Shown here in pieces: positions 26,552 to 36,948 of a stretch of DNA of 63,494 bases. Position 1 is the first letter of the stretch. Every line of letters begins with the position of its first letter. Source of the stretch: Rhodothermales bacterium (GTDB lineage: Bacteria > Bacteroidota > Rhodothermia > Rhodothermales > JABDKH01); assembly GCA_041609895.1 (NCBI GenBank), contig JBFIPX010000001.1, positions 1-63,494 on the forward strand, written 5' to 3'. The notes under the pieces were generated by a model. The model saw nothing but the letters and a program-made list of their open reading frames with translations, had not been told where the DNA came from and did no database searches. The position numbers and the translations under genes were made by a program.

Positions 26552-27091
26552 TTCAAAACCTCTCGAGACTGATGATGTACCACACAGCTCTACCGCGGGG
26601 GCTACGAGTCGCGGACGCGGCACGGTTTTCTTGGTAGCGGCAAGGTAGAGCGGCTCACGCGCCCACGACAAAGGCGCGTATTCAAGGGGTACTGCACCAT
26701 CATTACGATTGCCGCGCCTGCGAGGAAAGGGGCTAGCGGGGGACTCGATCTCACACGCAAGATGGCGTTTCGGCAAGTGTTCCGCCAAGGCGCAGGTAGA
26801 TCGACCGAACAACGCGCCTGAACGCGATGAAAGCATCTATGGGAATAGAGCCGTCAACGGTAATGCCAACGGCGGGCAGCGGTTGACGGCAAGGTGCCGA
26901 AGTCTACCTTCTGAGGTCTGTGTACTCAACCCACGCTGTCGTTTATCAATGACGGACAAACGCAGACGGGCAGTAACAACGGGAAGGCAATCGCGATGTC
27001 CATGCACACGTGATTGCACCTCACGTGGGATCAGAAGAAAGCACTACTGTCAGTATGCCGCACGGCAGGTGGACGTGTGTCCTGGGTAAAA

Positions 27092-28372
27092 TCAGGCAGT
27101 CGCCAGTCGGGTTGATGTATCGACAATCACGCCTGCCTGAGTGAGAATCTGCCGCCGGTTTTCACCGGATGCTGGAATCGACGTGGCAATCCGTCGGGCG
27201 TGCTCTCGAACCCAAGTAGATGCTTCTTCTGCAAACTCGATTCTCTCCATTTCGAGACCGAGCAGACGTCTCCATCGGGTCAGGTTGCGGGCACCATAGT
27301 CGGAAAGTGACCCGCTGTCGCTCTTACCCTGCATGATATCTGCGATTGTGTCTGCGATTTCATGTCCTTCCTCGAGCCCGGAGTTCATGCTCTGCACAGC
27401 GATCGGTAACGCGACGTGCGCGGCGTCTCCTATTAGCCATGATCGGTTACGTCCAAACAGAGTACCGAGCCTCTGTTCAAAGCGGACGACGGTCTTCCAC
27501 TCAATCTTCTCTACCGATCCATTGAACCATGGTGCGCGCGACTCGACGAGATGACTGAAGTTTTCCGGCGACAACTCTGGTAGCTCCTCACGCTGAATAA
27601 GGAATCGATCCTTGTCGCGGGTCGCAGGTGGGGCTGCAAAATCAAGCAACTCAAACCCCCAACGGCAATAACCGTTTGGCAGCGGCCAGAGAACGCTGGT
27701 GGTCTGCTTGCCCAGCACGACGCGAAGCTCATTCTGCAAATCGAAGTCGGTCTTGAATTCAAACACCCCGAAATAGCGCGTCTTCCCTGCGTTCTCGAAA
27801 TCGATGTCCAGCGACCTTCGAACCATCGAGCCGTGCCCATCCGCCCCGATGACAAAAGGCACCCGTATTTCGTGGCTTGCAGCGACGATCCACTCGCGAT
27901 GCGCAACCGCGTATCCAAGGCTTTCCATCGTCATCCGGTCGACAACGACGTCGACACCTTCCTCGTCCTGGCTGAGGTGCGAGAGCCGGTGATTCCATTC
28001 GACGTTGATGCCATGACTATGTAGCAGTGTCTCCAGGGCTTCCTCGAGGCGACTTTGAGGCAGAACCCCGATGTAATTGTTGTCCGTGTCCAGCTGTGAA
28101 AAGTCAAAAGTCGCCCGCCGTTTCTCGAGATCGTAAATGCTTACACGATGAATACGATGAACGTCATCGAGCAGATTTCCGGGGAGTCCGACCTTGCGAA
28201 GCAGCCGCAAGGAAGACGGATGGAGAGCGAGCGCATAACTGTGGGCTGCCGGACGCCATCCTGAATCGATGATGCGAACCCGAGCACGCCGAGCGGCGAG
28301 TGAGGCAGCACAGAACAAGCCCGTTGGACCAGCTCCGACTACTACCACGTCCGGGGTCTTTTTCTTAAACAT
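27092..28372 (-). CDS. FAD-dependent aromatic-ring monooxygenase family protein
   Basis: VVVVGAGPTGLFCAASLA dinucleotide-binding motif. GADGHGSMVR and LIGDAAH motifs. Confidence 0.85.
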   Translation of the reverse strand: MFKKKTPDVVVVGAGPTGLFCAASLAARRARVRIIDSGWRPAAHSYALALHPSSLRLLRKVGLPGNLLDDVHRIHRVSIYDLEKRRATFDFSQLDTDNNYIGVLPQSRLEEALETLLHSHGINVEWNHRLSHLSQDEEGVDVVVDRMTMESLGYAVAHREWIVAASHEIRVPFVIGADGHGSMVRRSLDIDFENAGKTRYFGVFEFKTDFDLQNELRVVLGKQTTSVLWPLPNGYCRWGFELLDFAAPPATRDKDRFLIQREELPELSPENFSHLVESRAPWFNGSVEKIEWKTVVRFEQRLGTLFGRNRSWLIGDAAHVALPIAVQSMNSGLEEGHEIADTIADIMQGKSDSGSLSDYGARNLTRWRRLLGLEMERIEFAEEASTWVREHARRIATSIPASGENRRQILTQAGVIVDTSTRLATA

Positions 28373-28551
28373 CGTGGACCTCCGCAGGATTTTGAGTTTG
28401 GACCATGTATCAAAAAGAAGTAGAAGCCCCTAACACATGTATAGAGCGGTAGCCTAGAACCAGAGTAGGGGAATTGACTACAAATTGTGTCAGAAACCTC
28501 GATTCGGGTTAGAACAGGAGGTCTGCGTCCGGCGTAGAATCGCGTCAAAAT

Positions 28552-29058
28552 GTGGAGGTCGCATTGACGGAAAAAAAGAAGGCTATTTTCGCCGGCGGAT
28601 GCTTCTGGGGTACTGAGTACTATTTTCAGCGGAGTCCGGGGGTCGTCTCGACGCGCGTAGGTTACACGGGCGGCGATACGGACAATCCCACGTACCGGGA
28701 AGTGTGCTCGGGCAGCACGGGTCACGCGGAAGCACTCGAGGTCGTGTACGACCCGGGCGTGACCGATTTCGAAACGCTCGCGCGACTGTTTTTCGAGATA
28801 CACGATCCTACCCAGGTTGACCGACAGGGTCCGGACGTTGGTCATCAGTACCGATCGGCAGTATTCTATCTCGACGAGGATCAGCGTAAGGTCACTGAGA
28901 AGCTGGTGGATATCTTGGAGCGTAAGGGTCTCGACGTCGTGACGGAAGTGGAAGCGGCCGGCACGTTTTGGCCGGCAGAGAATTATCATCAGCAGTATTA
29001 CGATCAAACGGGTAAGACGCCTTACTGTCACTTCTACACGAAAAGGTTTGATGACTAG
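28552..29058 (+). CDS. msrA: peptide-methionine (S)-S-oxide reductase
   Basis: AIFAGGCFWGTEYYFQ active-site motif. Full-length similarity to MsrA by eye. GTG start; TTG four codons downstream is also possible. Confidence 0.93.
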   Translation: MEVALTEKKKAIFAGGCFWGTEYYFQRSPGVVSTRVGYTGGDTDNPTYREVCSGSTGHAEALEVVYDPGVTDFETLARLFFEIHDPTQVDRQGPDVGHQYRSAVFYLDEDQRKVTEKLVDILERKGLDVVTEVEAAGTFWPAENYHQQYYDQTGKTPYCHFYTKRFDD

Positions 29059-29090
29059 TACGAGCCGGGCGTTGGCCGAGGATACAGGAG

Positions 29091-32000
29091 TTGGTCGGTG
29101 GTTTGGATAGGCTAACAATTTTGGCGTCGCGGTCCGCATGGATTGTGGCTCTCTCGTTGGCGTCGCTCACGCTGCTTGGTGGCTGCGCGCTGTTCAGAAG
29201 TGCAACGCCGATGGAGCGTGCCGCAGGCATGCGGGCATCGATCAACGATCTGATAGCCGATGCCGAGATCAATGAGGCCCTGTTTGATTTCCCTCGCGGC
29301 ACTGCCCTGGATACTCTCCGATGGGACGACGACTACGTTGAAGTCGTCTTTTCCGAGCATCTCAGTCGCCGGGCTCTGCGACCCTCGGACGTTTCTCAAC
29401 TTGCACACCAGGTGGAACGCTATCTGGGACCTTACCTGGCGGATCGAAAGGTCTCGATTCTCTCCCTCGGGGTACCCGTGGCGGAACTCGTGCCAAACAT
29501 CTACCGCGATTCCGGCCTCGTTCCGGATTCGTCCCGTGTCTTTTCGTCGGCCCCTCGGGGCGAGATGCTGGTTCGAAACCTGAACCGGGAGTATGCAGCA
29601 CCGCGCGGCCTGGACGGCTACAATATCGCTCTATGGCCGAGCCATGGATGGTACTACGATAATACCCGTGACATATGGCGGTGGCAGCGGTTGAGGATGT
29701 TTCAGACGGTGGAGGACCTGCTAACTGTTTCGTTCGCCGTTTCATACCTCACCCCCATGCTAGAGAACGCGGGCGCCCAGGTCTTTCTACCTCGGGAGCG
29801 TGACCCTCAGCCTGGCATGGCAGTCGTTGACAACGATTCGTCGGGCGCCCTCCGAGGAAAACTCTTGACGGAAGGATTGTGGGCGAGGGAAGGGCCGGGA
29901 TTTGGAGCCGGCCGGCCGCCGTATTCGAACGGTCACAACCCGTTCCTGGATGGCACCTACGATGCTACGCCGGTGTCGGAGGAGGGTAACGCCACGGCAA
30001 AGTGGACTCCGGATATCCCGCAGCAAGGTTCCTACGCCGTCTACGTTTCGTATGGCCGAGTTCCCGATGCGGTGGCGGATGCAGAGTACACCGTCTACCA
30101 CGCAGGCGGAGAAACGCGGTTCTCGGTAAATCAAACGATCGGTGCCGGCACTTGGGTGTATCTGGGCACGTTCGATTTCGCCGCAGGCATGAACCCGGAT
30201 AATGGTGCCGTCGTGCTTTCAAACCGCTCTGCGGCAAGCGCCGGACGCGTTACTGCCGATGCCGTCCGATTTGGCGGTGGAAGGGGGCTGATTTCGCGAA
30301 ACGGCTCGACCGGGGGTCGTCCCAGATATGTCGAAGGCGCTCGGTACCACCTGCAGTACTCCGGGCTGCCCGATACGCTGGTCTACGACCTGCACGAGGG
30401 CGCAGACGACTACCGAGATGACTATCAGTCTCGTGGTGAATGGGTCAACTACATGAGAGGAGCGCCCTTCGGGCCGAATCGCGATCGGTCGTCGCTTGGG
30501 CTGGGAATACCCATCGACGTCTCTCTCGCAATGCACACGGACGCCGGAACGGTGGGTCGTGACTCTACGATCGGAACTCTCGCAATATATAGTCTCGAGG
30601 GAGCGGATTCGACACTCGTCTTCCCGAACGGCGTGTCCCGATTCGCAAATAGAGACCTTGCGGACATCGTGCAAACCCAGTTCGTCGAGGACCTACGGGC
30701 ACTTCATGACTCCACTTTCTCTCGCCGTAGCCTGCTCGAGGCACAGTATAGCGAGGCCTTTCGTCCCAATGTGCCTGCACTCTTGCTTGAGCTGCTCTCG
30801 CATCAGAATCCGGAGGACGCTCGCCTCTACTCCGATCCGAGAGTACGCTTCGACGCGAGCCGCGCGATATACAAGGGCATTCTTCGTTTTCTCGCAAGCC
30901 AGAACGGCTTCGATCCGGTCGTTCAGCCGCTGCCGGTCACGCACATGGCAGCGGTGCAGGAAGCCGGCGGGATTCGTGTTAGCTGGAGACCCTCTGCTGA
31001 CCCGCTAGAGCCGACGGCCGACGCGGATTACTTCGTCCTCTACACACGGATTGAGGAGGGTGGATGGGATAACGGGAGGCGCACGGAATCTGACAACGTT
31101 CTTTTGCGCGGGCTTCCTGCGGATACAACTTATTCCTTCCGCGTCACGGCGGCGAACGCGGGTGGACAGAGTTTTCCATCAGAAACGTTGTCGGTGAGGC
31201 GATCTTCAGGCGCGGTTCGAACGGCGCTGATTGTAAATGGCTTTGACCGGGTTGCGCCGCCGGAATTTCTCGACGTGGACTCGCTGCGAGGAGTGGCTTT
31301 CTTCGCCGATCAAGGCGTTCCACACGAGGTTGATTACTCGTTCACCGGCTATCAATTCAACTTTAACGACCGTCAAGTCTGGCGAAGTGACGACTCACCT
31401 TACCACGGGGCGAGCCATGCCGACTTTGATACTGTCGGGATCGCCGGCAATACATTCGACTTCCCCTATGTCCACGGAGCGTCGTTGAGCGACGCCGACT
31501 TCTCGTTCGATTCGGTCAGCGATGAGGCTGTATTTGACGGATCATTCAATCTGTCAGCTTACGATTTCGTCGATTTGATTCTCGGCGAGGAGCAGCGCAC
31601 GGGTTTTGTCCGTGCTCGCCGCGCACAACAGTTTGAGGCGCTGCCAAGGGTGCTTCGTCAGCGTTTGTCGGAGTACCTCCAGGGAGGTGGGCGCTTGTTC
31701 GTGTCGGGCGCACACTTTGCCTCTGAGCTTATGGATTCAGCACATCAAGATGCAACAGCTAAGGTGTTTGCAGACAGTGTGTTACATCTGTCCATGATTA
31801 CGACTCACGGTAGCAGGCGGGGAGGCGTGTATGCGTCGGAAATCTTTGCAGGCGGCTCTCGTCTTGACTTCAGTTTTAACACCGAGCCGAGTCCGGTACT
31901 TTACGCCGCTGAGGGGGCCGATGCCCTGAAGCCCGTAGGCGTCGAAGCCGAAACGCTGCTCCGGTACTCAGAGAACAACCTGGCGGCCGGCATCGGATAT

Positions 32001-32111
32001 CGGGGCAACCATAGGGTCGTTTCGTTCGGTTTCCCGTTCGAGGTGATCACGTCTCGATCGATGAGAGCCCACGTGATGCGAATGATTGTGGACTACCTGT
32101 TCACCGACTAA
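29091..32111 (+). CDS. large lipoprotein with amidase_3 (MurNAc-L-Ala amidase)-like core, carbohydrate-binding-like and FN3 domains
   Basis: LTLLGGC lipobox. DVSLAMHTDAG ... ALLLELLSHQNPEDARL resembles the amidase_3 zinc site. TYSFRVTAANAGGQS is FN3-like. Start codon uncertain (TTG 29091 to 29121). Confidence 0.75.
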   Translation: MVGGLDRLTILASRSAWIVALSLASLTLLGGCALFRSATPMERAAGMRASINDLIADAEINEALFDFPRGTALDTLRWDDDYVEVVFSEHLSRRALRPSDVSQLAHQVERYLGPYLADRKVSILSLGVPVAELVPNIYRDSGLVPDSSRVFSSAPRGEMLVRNLNREYAAPRGLDGYNIALWPSHGWYYDNTRDIWRWQRLRMFQTVEDLLTVSFAVSYLTPMLENAGAQVFLPRERDPQPGMAVVDNDSSGALRGKLLTEGLWAREGPGFGAGRPPYSNGHNPFLDGTYDATPVSEEGNATAKWTPDIPQQGSYAVYVSYGRVPDAVADAEYTVYHAGGETRFSVNQTIGAGTWVYLGTFDFAAGMNPDNGAVVLSNRSAASAGRVTADAVRFGGGRGLISRNGSTGGRPRYVEGARYHLQYSGLPDTLVYDLHEGADDYRDDYQSRGEWVNYMRGAPFGPNRDRSSLGLGIPIDVSLAMHTDAGTVGRDSTIGTLAIYSLEGADSTLVFPNGVSRFANRDLADIVQTQFVEDLRALHDSTFSRRSLLEAQYSEAFRPNVPALLLELLSHQNPEDARLYSDPRVRFDASRAIYKGILRFLASQNGFDPVVQPLPVTHMAAVQEAGGIRVSWRPSADPLEPTADADYFVLYTRIEEGGWDNGRRTESDNVLLRGLPADTTYSFRVTAANAGGQSFPSETLSVRRSSGAVRTALIVNGFDRVAPPEFLDVDSLRGVAFFADQGVPHEVDYSFTGYQFNFNDRQVWRSDDSPYHGASHADFDTVGIAGNTFDFPYVHGASLSDADFSFDSVSDEAVFDGSFNLSAYDFVDLILGEEQRTGFVRARRAQQFEALPRVLRQRLSEYLQGGGRLFVSGAHFASELMDSAHQDATAKVFADSVLHLSMITTHGSRRGGVYASEIFAGGSRLDFSFNTEPSPVLYAAEGADALKPVGVEAETLLRYSENNLAAGIGYRGNHRVVSFGFPFEVITSRSMRAHVMRMIVDYLFTD

Positions 32112-34186
32112 GCCTCTTCCGGTACGGGTGCATGCTGCTTTGCCGCGAGCATGCGGTAGATGTCCGTCTGAGCTCTAGCTTGGGAAGCACGCTTCGTGGA
32201 GACAAAAGCGTTTGTTTGCCATCGATCGATCACGCGTGACTTTGTCGTGTCACGAATCTGCAACTCCAACATCTGCTGAATCTGCGTTCGGATCACGGGA
32301 TCCTTTACGGGCCAAGCGACCTCGATTCTCCGATCGAGGTTGCGCGACATCCAGTCTGCCGATGAGAGCAGCATGGTGTTGTCGCCACCGCCCTCGAACG
32401 CATAGACCCTCGCGTGCTCAAGGAATCGATCCACGATAGACGTTGCCTCGATATTATCGCTCAGTCCTTGCTGACCGGGGATCAGGCGGCAGATTCCTCT
32501 GACGAGGAGCCGTGTTCGAACGCCGCTTTGACTGGCCCGATAGAGGAGATCGATCATGCCTTCGTCCTCGAGGCTATTCATCTTAAGAACTATTGACGCC
32601 GGCTTTCCGCCTCTCGCCGCTTCGATTTCGTGTTCAACCAGGTGTTCGAAGCCGGAACGTAGACCCGCAGGTGCAACCAGAAGCGTCGAGAACTCAGGTG
32701 CGAACCCCGGTTGCTCAAGCATTCGGAATACCAGAGCAACTTCGGAGGTAATCTCCGGATCGGCCGTAAACATTCCGTGGTCGGTGTAGAGCCGAGCAGT
32801 TTTTTCGTTGAAGTTGCCCGTACTCAGGTAGGCTACGTCTGCGTCGCTGGATTCGACCAGCAGTAGCTTCGCGTGCACCTTGATGCCAGGCAGGCTATAG
32901 TTGACCTTGATGCCTGCGTCCTCCATCCGCCGAGCCCAATCGAGATTCGGCTGCTCATCAAAACGGGCTTTTACTTCGACAAATGCGTGGACTTCCTTAC
33001 CCCGGTGAGCCGCCTCGATGAGTTGCCTGACTACCTCGGAGTCAGGCGCTACTCGATACAGCGCGATCGAGACCCGGGTGACATCCTGACGCGCAGCAGA
33101 CTCTCCGATGAGTCGGAGCACCGGATCGAAGGATTGGTACGGCAGGTGGATTATGTGGTCGCGACTCCGCGCGGCGTCGGTGACGGACGAAGCAGCCGTG
33201 AGGACGGCGTGCTCCAGCGGTGGAAGCGGTTCGAACTTCAGATCCGAGCGACCGACATCCGGAAATCGGAAAAAATCGCTGAAGTTGTGATAGAATCCCC
33301 CCACCACAAGATCCTCGGCACGCAGGCTCAGCCGATCCTTGATTGTAGTCACGACCGGGTAAGGAATGCGCTGGTCAAAAAGCAACCGTGTCGGCACACC
33401 CGTTTCTCGTTTCTTGAGGCTCTTGCGGACGGCCTCGACAAGGTCTACTGAGAACTCGTCTTCGATGTACAATTCCGCGTCGCGCGTGAGCTTGATCTCG
33501 TACGCTTCGCCGACGTCGTGAAACGGAAAGATCTCCGACAGATTGTACCGCAGAATATCGTCGACAAACATGAAGTGGCGCAGGCCCGGCTCCCGTGCTA
33601 CCTGCACAAACCGACCGGTGTGCTCAGCCGGTACCTCGACGAGGCCGTGGACCGGATCGGTCGCGATTATCGGATTGCGTTCCTCTTTCGGCCAAAGAGG
33701 TACGACGAGATAGAGCCCGCCGTTCTTAAGGAATGGCGGCTCTTTGCTGGCTTCAAGGAGCACGGGATTGATGTGCTGCGCCAGTTCATTCGCGAAGAAC
33801 GTACGCAGGAAGTAGTCGGCTCCTTCAGGTGAAGATCCGGTTACGTGAAGAAAGATTCCGTTCGTACGCAGTTCTGGGAGAAGCGAATTACGAAATAGCT
33901 CGCCGAAGCGGCGCTGCTGTCGGTCTACTACCTGGTGGATCTCCAGAAGCAGGCGCTGCGGGTTATAGCCGAGTTTTTCGAGCTTCTTTTCCTTGAGGCG
34001 CAGGAGGCTTCGGATGGAAGCTACCCGAACCCGAAAGAATTCGTCCAGATTGGAGGAGAAGATCGCCAGAAACTTCAGACGTTCAAGAAGGGGTGTCTCG
34101 AAGCTTTCAGCTTCCTGCAGTACCCGTTCGTTGAAGGCGAGCCAGCTTAGTTCGCGATCGAAGTATCTCTTGTTGTCTTTTTTCAA
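32108..34186 (-). CDS. ppk1: polyphosphate kinase 1
   Basis: YFDRELSWLAFNERVLQEA N-terminal signature and full-length PPK1 architecture. The ORF extends to 34369. TTG at 34186 gives MKKDNKRYFDRELSW and 692 aa, matching the usual PPK1 N-terminus. Its stop overlaps the stop of the convergent gene by 4 nt. Confidence 0.93.
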   Translation of the reverse strand: MKKDNKRYFDRELSWLAFNERVLQEAESFETPLLERLKFLAIFSSNLDEFFRVRVASIRSLLRLKEKKLEKLGYNPQRLLLEIHQVVDRQQRRFGELFRNSLLPELRTNGIFLHVTGSSPEGADYFLRTFFANELAQHINPVLLEASKEPPFLKNGGLYLVVPLWPKEERNPIIATDPVHGLVEVPAEHTGRFVQVAREPGLRHFMFVDDILRYNLSEIFPFHDVGEAYEIKLTRDAELYIEDEFSVDLVEAVRKSLKKRETGVPTRLLFDQRIPYPVVTTIKDRLSLRAEDLVVGGFYHNFSDFFRFPDVGRSDLKFEPLPPLEHAVLTAASSVTDAARSRDHIIHLPYQSFDPVLRLIGESAARQDVTRVSIALYRVAPDSEVVRQLIEAAHRGKEVHAFVEVKARFDEQPNLDWARRMEDAGIKVNYSLPGIKVHAKLLLVESSDADVAYLSTGNFNEKTARLYTDHGMFTADPEITSEVALVFRMLEQPGFAPEFSTLLVAPAGLRSGFEHLVEHEIEAARGGKPASIVLKMNSLEDEGMIDLLYRASQSGVRTRLLVRGICRLIPGQQGLSDNIEATSIVDRFLEHARVYAFEGGGDNTMLLSSADWMSRNLDRRIEVAWPVKDPVIRTQIQQMLELQIRDTTKSRVIDRWQTNAFVSTKRASQARAQTDIYRMLAAKQHAPVPEEA

Positions 34187-34355
34187 ACGGTCGTGCAGGC
34201 GATGGCTTCGTACGTCAGGGCGATCGCACTCGTCGGCCACTACAGGCGAGCGGCAGTCAGTGTGGCGGTGCGTCACGCAGTTAAGATATGACGCAACGCA
34301 GGCGAACTGCATGTTCACGACATTTCGTGGAGAGACAGTGGCGCCCTGCTGTCGA

Positions 34356-34952
34356 TCAATTGCTTGCAATGATGAGAGTCGCCGTCGTTGCGACTGCGGC
34401 AGTCAAGATGATGGTGCGGCGGCGTCTCTTGCGCGCAACTCGCCGCGAGCGCAAGAGATTTTCCTGCATCAAAGCCTGCTGCCTTCGATACGACTGCAGT
34501 AAAGCTCCGTAGTGCTCGTGAAGCCGGTCGTATTGGTGCCGCTCGTGGACAAGGTGGGCGATCAGGCGGTCATCGGCGCGGAGGAGATGAGTGGCGTGCA
34601 TTATGCCTTCGGTTGCCGAGGTAGTTTCGGTGGCCGAAGAATCGTGCGGCCCCATTACGGACGGCATCTTGGCGGGCCCGGTGATCGATACTCGCGTGTG
34701 CAGATAACGGATGCGTTGGGTCCAGCGCGAACGCAACAGACTATCAGAGTTTGTGCGCACGGCGAGAAGCAGCTCCTCCGCCAGGTCGATCTCGTTGTGA
34801 AGCGCAGCGACCTGCTGGTCCGCTTGTTGAAGCTCCTCGATGGCCCGCTCGGGCTTGCCAAACCCTCGCTCCTGGGCCAGTCGGTAGCCGAAGACGAGCC
34901 CGGCAATTGCGGCTGCGACGATCAATGCTGCCGGATGCGGCTTGCGTGTCAT
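34356..34952 (-). CDS. hypothetical membrane-anchored coiled-coil protein
   Basis: ATG 34952 gives MTRKPHPAALIVAAAIAGLVFGY (TM). Long helical/charged middle. Second hydrophobic segment at the C-terminus. Confidence 0.5.
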   Translation of the reverse strand: MTRKPHPAALIVAAAIAGLVFGYRLAQERGFGKPERAIEELQQADQQVAALHNEIDLAEELLLAVRTNSDSLLRSRWTQRIRYLHTRVSITGPAKMPSVMGPHDSSATETTSATEGIMHATHLLRADDRLIAHLVHERHQYDRLHEHYGALLQSYRRQQALMQENLLRSRRVARKRRRRTIILTAAVATTATLIIASN

Positions 34953-35010
34953 CTTGCGATCCTCGTTTGAGTTTAGGACACGCAAGGCGACGGATTCTCT
35001 CTACGGGTGC

Positions 35011-36003
35011 TCAGCCCTGCGAAAGGACTGCGTCGATGCGACTTGTTTCCTCGCCAGAGAACGTCGTGTTTTGAGTTGCTTCCACCGCATCCACAATATG
35101 GGCAACTCGACTGGCTCCGATGAGAGCCGAGGTCACCACCTCGTCTCGAAGCACCCACGATATCGCCATCTGCGCCAACTTCTGGCCGCGCTCGCGGGCG
35201 ATTTCCTGAAGTCGCTCAATAACCCAGATCCGTTCTTCTGTCACATCCTCCTCACGCAGGAACCCGTGTGTTTTTGCGGCTCGAGAGTCCTTCGGTATAC
35301 CGTCCAGATATTTGTCCGTCAACAACCCCTGAGCGAGCGGTGAGAAGCAGATACAACCGATGCCCTCTTTCTTCAGCACGTCGAGGAGCCCGTCCTCAAT
35401 CCATCGATCGAACAGATTGTAATTGGGCTGATGAATCAGACACGGTGTCCCGAGCGATTTCAGGATGTCGGTAGCTTGCCGTGTCTGATCGGGAGAGTAA
35501 GACGATATGCCGGCGTACAGGGCGCGGCCTGTCCTGACGATGTAGTCGAGCGCTCCCATCGTTTCCTCCAGCGGTGTGTCCGGGTCCGCCCGATGGCTAT
35601 AGAAGATATCCACGTAGTCGAGGCCCATTCTCTTGAGGCTCTGATCGCAGCTCGCGACAAGGTACTTCCGCGAGCCCCATTCGCCGTATGGTCCGGGCCA
35701 CATCAGATATCCCGCCTTTGAGGAGATGATGAGCTCGTCGCGATAGCGGGAGAGATCGTTCCGCAAGACACGTCCGAACATCTCCTCGGCGGAGCCGGGA
35801 GGGGGTCCGTAATTGTTCGCGAGGTCAAAATGCGTGATCCCCAGGTCGAATGCGCTGCATATCATTTCGCGACCGGTCTCATAGATGTCGACACCCCCGA
35901 AGTTGTGCCACAGCCCAAGGGACACGGCGGGCAGACGGAGGCCGCTTCTCCCGCAGCGTCTATAGGGTACTGAGTCGTATCGGCTGTCGTCCGCTCTGAA
36001 CAT
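35011..36003 (-). CDS. aldo/keto reductase (YghZ / L-glyceraldehyde-3-phosphate reductase-like)
   Basis: ATG 36003 gives MFRADDSRYDSVPYRRCGRSGLRLPAVSLGLWHNFG, typical of the AKR14 group. Full-length AKR pattern. Confidence 0.9.
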   Translation of the reverse strand: MFRADDSRYDSVPYRRCGRSGLRLPAVSLGLWHNFGGVDIYETGREMICSAFDLGITHFDLANNYGPPPGSAEEMFGRVLRNDLSRYRDELIISSKAGYLMWPGPYGEWGSRKYLVASCDQSLKRMGLDYVDIFYSHRADPDTPLEETMGALDYIVRTGRALYAGISSYSPDQTRQATDILKSLGTPCLIHQPNYNLFDRWIEDGLLDVLKKEGIGCICFSPLAQGLLTDKYLDGIPKDSRAAKTHGFLREEDVTEERIWVIERLQEIARERGQKLAQMAISWVLRDEVVTSALIGASRVAHIVDAVEATQNTTFSGEETSRIDAVLSQG

Positions 36004-36369
36004 GAATTGTACCGGCGCGTGGAGTGGTCTGTCTGTGCGCGAAAAGATACAGTCGAACGACGTGTAGCGCGTAGCGGGGTTTGCCTTGCAGGTACGGCGC
36101 ACCGTGGGTCAAGTGACCCAAAAGGCGAAGCCCGGCGACCCCACCAGCACACCGGGCTTCTACACCATCTGTAGAAATGCTAACGCTAAGAAATGTGGCA
36201 GGCCTTTCGACCTGTCGAAGCTCTTCAGGGAGGCGGCGATCATTGTTGCGCTCGACTCATCTTTATGATCGTCCGCTCCTCATATGGAGAGACTTATACA
36301 CGGCGAGAGTATACGGGCGGTGAGCCAATGTCTGTAGGGGGATCCCTTGAAATGATGTAGTGGAAAACC

Positions 36370-36948
36370 TTACAACAGCCGGTTCAGTTCGTCAACCAGC
36401 ACATCCTCATGCAGCCGACCGTTGATACGGCTCACGATTGATCCCTTTCGATCGACAAAGAAGGTCGTAGGAAGGATATAGGCACCTCCGAAATCGCGTG
36501 CCAGATTGCCGCCGCCAAGGATAACCGGGTAATCCACATTGAACCGCTTCAAAAACGGGGTCACAGCCGCAAAACCCTCTCGGTCAAGTGAGACGCCGAC
36601 CACAACAAGCCCCGAATCCCGGTAGGCGGCATAGGTGTCCACGAGGAGCGGTGTCTCGACAATACACGGGGCACACCACGTTGCCCAGAAGTTGACGAGG
36701 ACCACCTTGCCCCGATGCTCCTCCAGAACAAAATCATTGCCGTCGGCCGCACGCGAACGGAGACGAGGGGCCTCTCGGTCAACAATGGGTACCGGTTGTC
36801 CGATTGTCGTGATCTCAGGAGCCGGCACCACGGTCCGGGCGGACACAGGTGCCCCGTCATTGCCTCCGGTCGCTTTGTCGCGGTTCCCGCATCCGATACC
36901 GGTCGCCACGGCCGCAAAAAGGAGCAGGAAGAAGCTGCGTCTAAACAT
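36370..36948 (-). CDS. TlpA-family thiol:disulfide oxidoreductase lipoprotein
   Basis: MFRRSFFLLLFAAVATGIGC-G lipobox. FWATWCAPC thioredoxin motif. Confidence 0.85.
   Translation of the reverse strand: MFRRSFFLLLFAAVATGIGCGNRDKATGGNDGAPVSARTVVPAPEITTIGQPVPIVDREAPRLRSRAADGNDFVLEEHRGKVVLVNFWATWCAPCIVETPLLVDTYAAYRDSGLVVVGVSLDREGFAAVTPFLKRFNVDYPVILGGGNLARDFGGAYILPTTFFVDRKGSIVSRINGRLHEDVLVDELNRLL

Noticed and set aside
26709-27089. 126-aa plus-strand ORF inside the long leader region.
   Set aside because: The translation is Arg/Cys-rich and low-complexity, with no ribosome-binding site. I treated the region as non-coding or structured RNA instead.
28342-29139. 265-aa ORF on the minus strand.
   Set aside because: It is entirely antisense to the clearly recognisable msrA. 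The translation is Arg-rich and low-complexity, as is typical of shadow ORFs in GC-rich DNA.
32108-32111. 4-nt overlap of the stop codons of the convergent 1006-aa lipoprotein gene and ppk1.
   Set aside because: It is real, but it is a trivial consequence of tight packing. No hairpin or regulatory element can be accommodated there.
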